Assembly (NCBI GenBank): GCA_030390025.1
Contig: JASTWF010000048.1
Coordinates: forward strand, 1,178,001-1,242,000
Length of the DNA: 64,000 nucleotides
Reading direction: 5' to 3'
From: Squalus acanthias
Lineage: Eukaryota
Shown here: positions 1 through 10,256 of the stretch, piece by piece
Layout of the letters: each line of letters begins with the position of its first letter
How positions within the stretch are numbered: the first letter of the stretch is position 1
Notes under the pieces: generated by a model
Seen by the model: only the letters and a program-made list of their open reading frames with translations
Told to the model about the DNA's origin: nothing
Database searches by the model: none
Program-made: the position numbers and the translations under genes

Positions 1-594
1 CCAGTAAAAAACGGACCTGGAGCAGCATCTCGTATTTGCACAGGGTGAAACATCGGTCACACGTTTAAAGGTTCAGAGATGAAGTATTTCCTAATTGTAT
101 GGGGTTGTGCCCATTAGAGCAGAAAAGGTTGAGGGGAGTTTTGAAAGAGGTGTTCAAAATCATGATTTTTTTTCATGCATTATGTAAGTAGAAATTGTAT
201 CCAGTGGCAAAAGGGTCGATAAACAGAGGAGACATATTTAAGGTACTTAACAAAAGAACCAGAGCGAGAGATGTGTAGAATCGTTCTCCTCAGTGAATTG
301 TTATGATCTAGAATGCGCTGCCTGAACGGTTGGTGAAGCAGATTCAATAGTAATTTGCAAAAGGCAGTTGGATAACTAATTGAAGCGGAATTATATTGTG
401 CAATGAGGAACGGGTCAGGGGATTGTGATCAATTGGATCCCAGAATGAAAAGGACATCCGAAATGTTGAAACAGCATTTTTAATAATTAATAATTTATAG
501 TAATAATCTGATGCGAAAGAGAGTAAGAAGATGAATCAGTATGAATAAAAAAGTAATCCAATATATCTAATTTATTTGAACGGTATGATTAAAG

Positions 595-820
595 AATAGC
601 GATAGATAGATGATAAAACGAGAGGTACATAGATGGTAGATAGATAGATGTTGAGATAGATCGATCAGAGCTTGATAGATAGATCGATGACAGATGGATG
701 CATAGATCTCAGATGGATAGAGATAGATAGATAGTTCGATAGATAGATAAATAGACAGAAAGACATATAGATAGATGAATGGGTAAAGAGACAGACAAAC
801 AGACTCACAGACAGACAACG
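595..820. repeat. (GATA)n-like microsatellite 3' of each family A RSS; family A introns are (GA/CT)-rich
   Basis: Also at about 8480-8665, 23985-24165, 34240-34425, 48600-48760 and 60035-60220. Confidence 0.85.
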
Positions 821-861
821 AGAAAGATCTGTCTCCCACGGTTATTTCCTGCCGCCTTTGG

Positions 862-900
862 GGTTTTTGTTGAGCTCCTTCATCTCTCTGAGTCACTGTG
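862..900 (-). other. 23-RSS of A1
   Basis: CACAGTG (894-900), 23 bp, ACAAAAACC (862-870). Confidence 0.95.
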
Positions 901-1805
901 CAGACTCCAAGCGCAGTAATACACGGCCGAGTGATTTGCTCGCAGACTGGTGGACTCCAGGTAGAAGTGGGTATCGTCGGGTCTCCTGGCGGTGAATCCA
1001 TCCAACTCACCAGAGGGATTCACCACTTCGGCGACGTTAGAATAGAAAAGGTTTTCAGGCTCCCTGTTGGGAAGCCAGCGGTACCAGTAGAAATAGGTAC
1101 CAGCTGTTGCTTTTGTGTAAAGGCACTCGATGCGAACTGGAGTGCCCGGGGAACTGGATATGGAAGCGGGAGTCTGTTCGATCAGCACGGCCCGCACATC
1201 TGTAAAACAGCGAAAGAGAGAGAGTGATAGATTAAACCAGGGAGACATTGCATATAGACACCCACCATGAAGGGGCAGAGTAGGGGAGAGAGAGAGAGTG
1301 AGGGCGAGAGTGGCCGAGAGCGGCAGACAGAAACGGCGAAATGGAGAGAGAGACAAAGACAGTGATGGAGCGAGTGTGACACAGAGAGAGATATCGGGGG
1401 ACAATCTAAACATTGAAAGAGGACGAGAAGGAGTACACGAGGACAGAGCGATAGAAAAGAGAAAGAAAGTAAGAGAGGCACAGAGAATGAGATACATAGA
1501 GACAAAGACTGAGAGGCTCACAAAGAGAGATCGTGAGAGACAAGGGAAATAGACAGGCAGTAAGATAGACTGAGAGAGATACAGCGGCAGAGAGCGAGAG
1601 CACGGCAGACAGAATGAGAGGCAGAGAGACGGAGACAGAGAGAAAGAGAGAGCAAAATATAAACCGAGGTAGACAGAATCTGCACCAGCCCGCAGTGTGA
1701 AGTGACACACGGGGAAATAAACGTAAGGGGCGCAAAAATCTTCCAGCCCAGCTCCACCTTACCCGTTAACAGCAGCAACACAACCCAGAGCTGATGCACA
1801 GCCAT
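901..1805 (-). CDS. TRBV: TCR V gene segment, family A copy 1 (TRBV30-like), apparently functional; leader 1763-1805, V exon 901-1199
   Basis: Leader MAVHQLWVVLLLLT with phase-1 GTAAG donor; acceptor ttttacAG; V exon VLIEQTPASISSSPGTPVRIEC...FYWYR...SAVYYCAWSL with Cys23/Trp41/Cys104; RP..F.L.S..L...S..Y.CAWS resembles mammalian TRBV30; canonical 23-RSS. Confidence 0.9.
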
Positions 1806-1839
1806 CTCTGGAGGGAGAAACATCCGATTGTTTATGATG

Positions 1840-2005
1840 TGATATCACTGAGCCGTTATATTGTGGAATATCACAAAGGTCTGAGCAATGAGTGGAATTT
1901 ACTGTTCCCTGTTCTCCAATGTTCAACTTTCGGATGGGAGGTGCCAATCTCTCTTCAATTGTTCATTGGCTCCAACATCGGGGATTGTCATTTCCGGGGC
2001 GGGGC
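1840..2005 (-). promoter_or_regulatory. Family A V promoter: V-beta decamer, CCAAT, ETS and GC box
   Basis: AGTGATATCA at 1840-1849 on minus; CCAAT near 1965-1970; TTTCCGGGGCGGGGC near 1991-2005; same layout upstream of the other A copies with some variation. Confidence 0.65.
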
Positions 2006-2159
2006 TAATGAGGATCCCGGATAATCGGTGGGCTGCTCTTCCCTTTGATGGCGGAGTCTTGGATCTTTAAGCCTGTAACAACCCGAGGCTCCATCTGAGA
2101 TACCAGTGATGTTGAGGGAGTGAGAAAATGGATTTATACTGCCTGTCTGACTCATTCTT

Positions 2160-2915
2160 TGGATTTAATCTGCATCTAATCAGTGATCGTGGGGCATTAT
2201 TCTGTATCTAACCAGGGGGTGAGGGGCTTCACACGGACTTTACCCACTGACTGAAGGGCTTTACTCTCTATCTTATCAGTGAGCGGTGGACCTTACTCTG
2301 TATCTAACTAATGGATCATGGCCTTTACACTGTATCTGACCAGTATATGATGGCATTCACTCTGTACCTAATCAATAATTGATGGGTTTTCTCTGTAACT
2401 AATTAAAGGATCATAGGTTTTACTTTGTGACTAACCAGTAAACGATGGGCTTCAATCTGTATGAAATCAACGATTCACGGAACCTACTCTGTATCTAATC
2501 ACTGTATCAAGCAGGGCTGCCCATGTATCTAACCCGTGCTCTCACTTATCTAAACCGTGTTGACCGGATATCTAATCCGTGCTGCCAATGTATTTGATCA
2601 GTTCCGTCCCTGTACCTATCCCGTACTGTCCCTGTATCTAACCCGCCCTGTCCTTATCTCTTACATTTACTGTGCCTATAACTAACCCGTACTCTGCCTT
2701 TATCTAACGCCTGCTGTCCCCGTATCTAATGCGTGCTGTTCCTTTATATTAGGAGCGCTGTGCCTGTATCTCACCCGTGCAGCCCATCTATTTAATAAGT
2801 TCAGTCCCTGTACCTATCCCCTACTCTCCCTGCATCATACGTATTCTCTCCCTCTATCAAACCCGTACTGTCCGGTATCTAACGCGTGCTCTTCCTGTAT
2901 CTTACCCGTGCTGTC
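2160..2915. repeat. Degenerate ~29-bp (ggctttactctgtatctaac...) and ~21-bp (gtatctaacccgtactgtccct) minisatellite tract between A and B, present in each cassette
   Basis: Repeated TGTATCTAAC core; homologous tracts at about 14780-15300, 25600-26320, 35830-36265 plus 39730-40255, 50190-50985 and 62010-62585. Confidence 0.8.
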
Positions 2916-3066
2916 CGAACTCACACACCAAAGCCGCCCCCCCACCCGCCCTCCGCCTCTGGATTGACTCCACCCCCAGCGAAGCAGCGGCTGGTTCGGT
3001 CCTGAGCTCCGTTCTCAGCTGCACCGGGTTTTTATTGCACCGTCCCGGCTCTTTGTGTCAACTGTA

Positions 3067-3495
3067 CAATCGCTAGGCGCAATAATATACCCCCGAGTGG
3101 TTCGCTCGCAGGCGGGTCGATTGCAGTTGAAATGTGGAGTTGTCGGGTCTGGAGGCGGTGAAGCCGTCCACCTCTCCCGCCGGCTCGATGCGGTCCGTAT
3201 TGGAAGAGTAGAAGAGCAGCAAGAGCTGTCCGTCTGGGAGCTGGCGGTACCAGGAAAACTCTGAGCTGAAGTTGCCCACCGCAGAACACGGATCTGCAGC
3301 GGCGAGTGCAGTGAATGGGAGATTACAGGCGGATTTTGCTGAACTTTGCCGCTCGCTACATCTGCGAATAGTAGGAAAATGACTGGGTTGAAACAGGGGG
3401 CCGTTCACATTTGGAGCCAAACTGTACCAAAGCAATGCCGAGCGAGACTTACTGTGCAACAGCAGCGCAGACACAAGATATCGGGATCAATGCAT
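3067..3495 (-). pseudogene. TRBV: TCR V pseudogene, family B copy 1; leader 3453-3495, V exon 3067-3361
   Basis: TGA at leader codon 3; 1-nt deletion just before Cys23; TAG at the post-Cys104 Trp codon; RSS degraded to TACAGTT, 24 bp, ATAAAAACC. Confidence 0.85.
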
Positions 3496-3903
3496 TTTGT
3501 TGTCCAGTTTGCAGAAGAGAAACAAACGGAGATTTTGTAAAAATCTGCTCGCCCGGCGGCTGTGTGGCGGCTTTATGTAACTGCAATTCTGTTTGATTGA
3601 CAGCTGCTGCCAGCTTACTCCAGGCCCCGCCCCCTTACAGTCTGATTGCCGACTGTCGACATAACCCCGCCCCCTCCCAGCTTCTCCCGACACTTCACGT
3701 AACTGAAGTCCTTCATCCCTGGTACCAATCTGGAAAATCTCCCCTGCAACCTGTGTCTGCTCTGGACATCCGTCCGAAGGGGCGTTGCCCATGTTTGGAT
3801 TCACTTTTCTCGCTGGGGCTGGAGAAACTCGTTTCTCAATTTCTAAACATCGAAACAAAACGAACTATGTTGTGAGGAAGTTGTTGCTCAATTCGATTCT
3901 GAC

Positions 3904-3949
3904 ACGGCACCAGAAATAAAACATTAAATTGGAGAAAATTGATCTTCAT
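3904..3949 (-). other. Orphan 46-nt leader-like exon (MKINFLQFNVLFLVP) homologous to the family C leader
   Basis: ATG, open frame, phase-1 GTCAGA donor; CCGGAAGTTG about 96 bp upstream as in family C promoters. Confidence 0.65.
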
Positions 3950-5026
3950 CTTGGTAGTGTAATGCAATCCGGCGGTTGCTCGTTTCGCAAACAGTTCCGG
4001 TTCAGTCTTAAATCCGCTTCGGTTTGATCGGCATAGTGTCACAGCCGGAAGTTGCAACGAATAGTTGCAAGCGCCCATGGAGCAAATAATCACATTTAGC
4101 AGCAAATATATTTTATTGGAACACAGAATTCACCAACTGATTTTGATGGTGTTTGAATCGTTACAGAATTATCTTTATTCCTCTCTGTCTTTCTTTCTTT
4201 CTTTCGTTTCTTTCTTTCTCTCCGTTTCTTTTTCTTTGTCTTTCATTCTATGTCACTCCCTTTCTTTCCTCATTTATTTTTGTATTACCTTTTTGTCTTC
4301 CTTTCTTACTTGCTTTCTCTCCGAGGCTCCATGTGAGATGGCAGTAATGCTGAGGTCGTTAAACAACCTCTTTCTCCCACTTTTTCTTTCCCACTTTCAG
4401 CTCTTTTTCGCTTTGACTTCCTTATTGTTTTTTTTTCCTGCTTTCATTCCATCGCTCCCTTTACTTTCTTTCTACTTTTATCATTAACTTTTCCTTCCTG
4501 TCGACTCCCTTCTCTTTCTGGTTCATGCAGGGCTTTATCATCTACACGAGGCTCCTCCCACCTCACTTCATCTCACCCTTTCAGCAGAACCGTCTACTCC
4601 TTTCTCCCTAGTGTTTTTATCCAGCTTCGATGCTATCTGCATCAAGCAGTCTTTGTGGTTGTAAGTTCCACATTCTCATCACTCTCATTATAATGAGGTT
4701 TCTCCTGAAATCCTTTTTGTATTTTGTGGTGACGATCTTATATACGTGGCCCCTATTTTTGATCAACGATTCAAGTAGAAACTTAATCACTACGTCTAAT
4801 CTATCAAAGCCTTACATAATCTTCAATTAATCCAATTGTGGTCTAACAACGCTATATGGAGACCAGCACTGTGTACGGTATTCTAAGTGAGGACTAACCA
4901 AGTTATATTGAGATTAGAACTGAGCGCTCGGCGCTGTTCTCTGAATCCTCTGTAAAATTACACGAGTCTGAGAGCAGGTCGGCTGAGGTTTTTTGTACAG
5001 GTGGCGGATGACTCTGAACCGCTGTG

Positions 5027-5729
5027 TCCCATCAGCAGCTGCACAGAAAAACACCGCCGCATCAGTGTGTTTAACGCTGTCGATCTTCAGAGTGGATTTC
5101 TTATTTTCCACAGTTTTCGTAATAGCAAACCCGCTCTCAAAACCCTCTCCATACTGAGCTTCACTGCTTAAATAAATAGACCCGATGTAGGTGAACCCTT
5201 GTCCAGCGGATTGCCGATACCACAGCATGTTATTGCGGACTGTTCCATTCTGATAACAATTTAACTCGGCCTCTCCTCGCTGATCAACAGTAATCGAAGT
5301 CGGCCACTGATGGATCACAACCGCCAACGCACAGTCTGAAAATGAGGCGGCAGAGATGTTAAATCAATCGGATGTAATTGAGAAACTCGGTTGGCTTTTC
5401 AAATTAAGATCGGGGCGGGAAGCCGGCATTGTGGAGCCGCCGATTCCCAAACACCAGGTATAATCAACCCAATAATTCTGGGATTATCATCAAATGAACA
5501 ACATAATGGCGATTGTCCTACAGTTAGGTAAGAAAGAACGAGATTCCGCAAACTCAAATAATAATGAGAACAATCTACGCATCAATAAATATTAAAATAG
5601 CTAAATTAACTTTAAGTGTCTTAAATATTTTGATGAATGGACGATACTAGTACATCACTTATAATTGTTCAACATTATCTTACTCGGTGCCAGCAATAAA
5701 ATAGCAAAGGCCAACAAATTGAAATGCAT
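5027..5729 (-). CDS. TRBV: TCR V gene segment, family C copy 1, apparently functional; leader 5684-5729, V exon 5027-5335
   Basis: Leader MHFNLLAFAILLLAP with GTAAG; acceptor tttcAG; VIHQWPTSITVDQRGEAELNCYQ...MLWYRQ...DAAVFFCAAADG; RSS CACAGCG (5020-5026), 23 bp, ACAAAAAAC (4988-4996). Confidence 0.88.
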
Positions 5730-5849
5730 CGTTGAGAGCAATCGACCATCTAATGCCCCAAATGGGGACTGACAGAAAGAGCGACGGTAATTATTAGGTA
5801 TATGCAAAATACAAGCTCAGAACCGGATGTTGCGTAGGTAACCAGAAAA

Positions 5850-6455
5850 AAAGAACTTGAATTTCGAAAGCGCGTTGCACGACATCAGAACGTCCCAAAA
5901 CGGTTTGCAATCAATGAAGTGCAGTCACTGTCGTTGAATAGGAAACTACGGAGCCCAATCGGTGCACGGCAAAAACCCAAAAAGAGCAATGTGATACGTC
6001 AAAATATAAACTGCTTTTAAGTGATTTTGTTTCATGAGAACAGGAGGAATACGATATAGTATGCGTACGAAACGTAACGTCCACCTGAGAGGGAAAACAT
6101 GGCCTAGGTTTAAGTACTCCCTCAGTACTGCAACTTCCGGCAGTGCAGCACTCCCTCAGCACTGCCCTTGCGACAGTGCAGTATTTCCCTCACTGCTGCC
6201 CCTCTGAACGTGCAGCACTTGCTCAGTACTGCCCCTGCGACAGCGCAGCACTCCGTCAGTACTGTCCATCCGGCAGTGCAGCTCTCACTCAGTACTGACC
6301 CTCCGACAGAGCAGCTATCCCTCCGTACTGTCCCTCCAACAGTGCACCGCGCCCTGATTTCTGAACTGAATTCACTTAAGTCGCTGGAGAGAGAAGCGAA
6401 AACACAACTTTCTGTCTCAGAGGCGCGAATGCTAAAAACCCAGTCGCAGTTGACA
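5850..6455 (-). mobile_element. Deu-domain tRNA-derived SINE (SacSINE1-like) with internal ~30-bp tandem amplification at 6112-6350
   Basis: tRNA-like head near 6380-6455, Deu core ctcagtactgcccctccgacagtgcagcactc, LINE-type tail near 5850-5900; recognised from memory. Confidence 0.7.
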
Positions 6456-6549
6456 ATATAGGAGATTAATCTACAAAGATGCCGGAATAGCTTTTTCACA
6501 TTGACTTACATATGATCAGTACAACAATCATGATTAGGTAAAGAGCCTT

Positions 6550-7380
6550 GTGAAGCACGGCTTCTGCAGTCGACAATGAATTATGTCAGGGCTGAAGGAC
6601 TTCAGTTGTGTAGATAGACAAGAAAAGCTGAGATGGTTGTCCTTGGAGTGGAGAAGGTTAAGGGGTGTTTCACCACAATATTAACAGGATTTAGATACTT
6701 CAGTAACTTGCAAATACTGCAGAAGCTGGGATTTTATTCTCCTTCAAGCAGAGGTGGATATTGGGGAGATGTAATGTGTTCACACTGATAGAGAACATTG
6801 GGTAGAAACTGTTTCCACTGGTAGGAGCGTCGGTAAGGATCAGATTTAGGATCATTGGCAAAAGTGTCCGAGGTCGAGATAAGAAGAATCCGTTTAAATC
6901 ACAATCCTATCATGATACTGAATGTACTGCCTGAAAGTTCGATGGAAGTAAATTCAATAGTAAGTTTCAAATGGGAATTGGCTATATAGTTGAAAAGGAA
7001 CACAAATCAAGGGGTATTCGGTAAGAACTTGGAGTGGGAATAATTTTACAGGGAAGACCAAAACTAATGGTCATAAATACAACATACTCACGAATACATC
7101 TACTCGTGAATTCAGGAGCAATCTACTGACCCAAAGAGTGGTGAGAATTTTTAACTTGTTACCACAAGGAGAGGTTGAACGGAATAGTATAGAAGCATTT
7201 TAATGGAAGCTATATAAGGACATGAGGGAGGAAGGGATACAGTATTTAATGTTGTGTGAGATGAAGAGGCGTGGAAGGAGTATCATGATGGGACTAATTG
7301 GATAGCTCTTTCTAACAGCTGGACAGTGCTCGATGGGCCGAATTGCCCCCTTCTGTGCTGTACCCTTAATGATTCTATAA
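6550..7380 (+). mobile_element. Old CR1-like LINE 3' fragments shared by all cassettes
   Basis: CR1 ORF2 C-terminal motifs (RLEKLxLFSLExRRL-like) and the tail gatgggccgaatggcctccttctgtgctgta. Confidence 0.6.
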
Positions 7381-7387
7381 ACCACAC

Positions 7388-7665
7388 AACATTGTTGCGT
7401 CAAAGTTCCCTCCAGATTCAGGCAGTGCGGCTTTCAGATCCCATTTGCGAAACGGTAATTAAACTGTTAAATTCTTCGCGGGGCTGCACTCCTAGTTTCT
7501 TTGAAAAACACATCAAATGGCATCAAGAGTCTGATAGACAGGTGGGTTAACGGTTTTTAACAGACACTCAAACATCTGTCAGGAGGCAGGTGTTCCAGTG
7601 AGAAACGGATCTGGAGCAGCATCTCGTCTTTGCACAGGGTGAATCATCCGTCACCCGTTTAAAGG
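7388..7665. promoter_or_regulatory. Conserved non-coding enhancer-like block repeated in each cassette
   Basis: TTGCGTCA, CTTTGAA, CAGGTG, TAACGG, CATCTG, CAGGTG; copies at about 22890-23170, 33190-33455, 47262-47540 and 58315-58590. Confidence 0.45.
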
Positions 7666-8790
7666 TTCTGAGATGAACTATTTCTTGTTTGTATGGGGTC
7701 GTGCCCATTAGAGCAGAAAACGTTAATGGGAGTTTTGAAAGAGCTGCTCAAAAGCATGATTGTTTTTCATGGATTAAGTAAGGAGAAACTGTATCCAGTG
7801 GCAGAAGGTTCGACAAACAGTGTAGACAGATTTAAGGAAATTTACAAAAGAGTCTGAGCGGGAGATGAGTAGAATCTTTCTCCTGAGTGAATTGTTATGA
7901 TCTGGAATGCGCTGCCTAAACGGGTGGTGAAGCAGATTCAACAATAATTTTCAAAAGGCAATTGGAGAAATACATGAAGCGGAATTATATTCAGTGCTGT
8001 GAGGAACCGGTCAGGGGATTGTGACCAATTGGATAGCTCCTTCAAAAATTTAGCACAGGCACGATGGACCGAATGGCCTTCTTCTGTGCTATATCATTCT
8101 ATAATTCTATGATAATCAGCGCATCTCTCGTCGCTATGGTGATAGCGCAATTAACACGTGGGATAAGCATCTCCTCCGATAGCGTGAGCTTGGGAACTAT
8201 TCACTGGTATAATCGGGAGCTTTGTTTAATTTATTCCCATATTCCTACGCCCGTTATTTCAACACTAACCTGAACCCATTCACCCCACCTCATAATCTGT
8301 TGTTAAAATGTAAAGGTTCCCTTAAGGAAAAGGACATCCGAAATGTTGATTCATCATTTTTAATAATTAATAATCTATTGTAATTATCTGAAGCGAAAGA
8401 GAGTAAGAAGATGAATCAATATGCATAAAAAAGTAATCCATGATATATCACTTATGTGAACAGTATGTTTAAAGAATAGAGAATGGTAGATGATAAAACA
8501 ATAGATAGATAGATGGTAGACAATTAGATATTGAGATAGATAGATCAGAGCTAGATAGACAGATCGATGACAGATCAATGCATAGATGGCAGATGGATAG
8601 AGAGATAGATAGTTTGATAGATATATAGACAGACTGACAGACACAGACAGACAGGCAGATAGACAGTTACATGGTTAAAGAGACACTCAAACAGACTCAC
8701 AGAAATACAACGACAGATCTGTCTCGCACGGTTATTTCCTGCCGCCTTTGGGGTTTTTGTTGAGCTCCTCCATCTCTCTGAGTCGCTGTG

Positions 8791-9699
8791 CAGACTCCAG
8801 GCGCAGTAATACACCGCCGAGTGATTTGCCCACAGACTGGTGGACTCCAGGTAGAAGTGGGTGTCGTCCGGTCTCTTGGCAGTGAATCCATCCACCTCAC
8901 CAGAGGGAGTGACCATTTCGCGACCGTTAGAATAGAAAAGGTTTTCAGGCTCCCTGTTGTGATGCCAGCGGTACCAGTAGAAATAGTTAGCAGTTGTTGC
9001 TTTTGTGTAAAGGCACTGGATGCGAACTGGAGTGCCCGGGGAACTGGATACGGAAGCGGGAGTCTGTTCGATCAGCACGGCCCGCACATCTGTAAAACAG
9101 AGAAAGAGTGACAGATAAAACCAGGGAGACATTGCATATAGACAACCACCATGAAGGGGCAGAGCAGGGGAGAGAGAGAGTGAGAGTGAGAGCGAGAGGG
9201 GGCCAGAGAGGCAGAGAAACACAGCGAGATGGAGAGAGAGCCAGAAGCAATGACAGAGAGAGAATGAGATACAGAGCGATAAACCGAGGGTCAATCTACA
9301 CATCGACAGAGGACGAGAAGGAGCACACGAGCAGAGAGCGATAGAAAAGGGAAACAAAGAAAGAGAGGCAGTGAGAGAGAGTCATAGAGACAAAGTGAGA
9401 AAGACTCACAAAGAGAGAGAGTCATTGACAAGGGAAATATAAACGGGCAGTCAGGCCATAAGACAGACTGAGAGAGATAGAGCGGCAGAGGTAGAGTGCG
9501 GCAGAGAGAGTGAGAGGCAGAGAGAGGGAGACCGACAGACAGAGAGCAAAATTTAAACCGAGGTAGAGAGAATCTACACCAGCCCGCGGTATGAAGTGAC
9601 ACACGGGGAAATAAACGTAATGGGCGCAACAATCTCACAGCCCAGCTCCACCTTACCCGTTAACAGCAGCAACACAACCCAGAGCTGATGCACAGCCAT
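8791..9699 (-). CDS. TRBV: TCR V gene segment, family A copy 2, apparently functional; leader 9657-9699, V exon 8791-9089
   Basis: Intact leader, splice sites and V ORF; RSS CACAGCG (8784-8790), 23 bp, ACAAAAACC (8752-8760). Confidence 0.9.
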
Positions 9700-10256
9700 C
9701 TCTGGAGGGAGAAAGATCCGGGTTTTTATGATGTGATAGCACTGAGCCGTTTTATTGTAGAATATCACAAAGCTCTGAGCAATGAGTGGAATTTACTGTC
9801 CCCTTCTCTCCAATGTTAAACTTTCGGATGGGAGGGGACAATCTCTCTTCAATTGTTCATTGGCTCCCACATCGGGAATGGTCATTTCCGGGGCGGGGCT
9901 AATGACGACCCCGGATAATACGTGGTCTGCCTCTTCCCTTTGATGGTGGAGGCTGGGGTTCTTTAAGCCTGTAACAACCCCGAGGCTCCATCTGAGATAC
10001 CAGTGATGGTGAGGGAGTGAGAAAAGCGAGTTATACTCTGTGTTAGTCATTCTGCGGATTTAATCTGCATTAATCTTTGAATTAGGGGCTTTATTCTGTA
10101 TCTGACCAGGGAGAGAGGGGCTTCACAAGGAGTTTACCCACTGACTGAAGGGCTTTACTCTCTATCTAATCAGAGTGGTGGAACTCACACTGTATCTAAC
10201 TGATGGATCATGGGCTTTACTCTGTATCTGACCAGTATATGATGGCATTCACTCGG

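Noticed and set aside
880-1710. Long S/L/C-rich ORFs upstream of family A V exons
   Set aside because: Translation of CT-microsatellite introns; only the V exon part is real
4867-4873. CACTGTG heptamer about 115 bp 3' of the family C RSS (also near 19471 and 44725) as a possible D/J RSS
   Set aside because: Lies within a CR1 fragment (LVRPHLEY...WSP-like); no nonamer at 12 or 23 bp and no D or J segment
3000-5030. NAR-TCR-like V-D-J mini-cluster between C and B
   Set aside because: No 12-RSS-flanked D and no FGXG J segment could be found by eye
6380-6455. tRNA gene
   Set aside because: Degenerate tRNA-derived SINE head, not a cloverleaf tRNA
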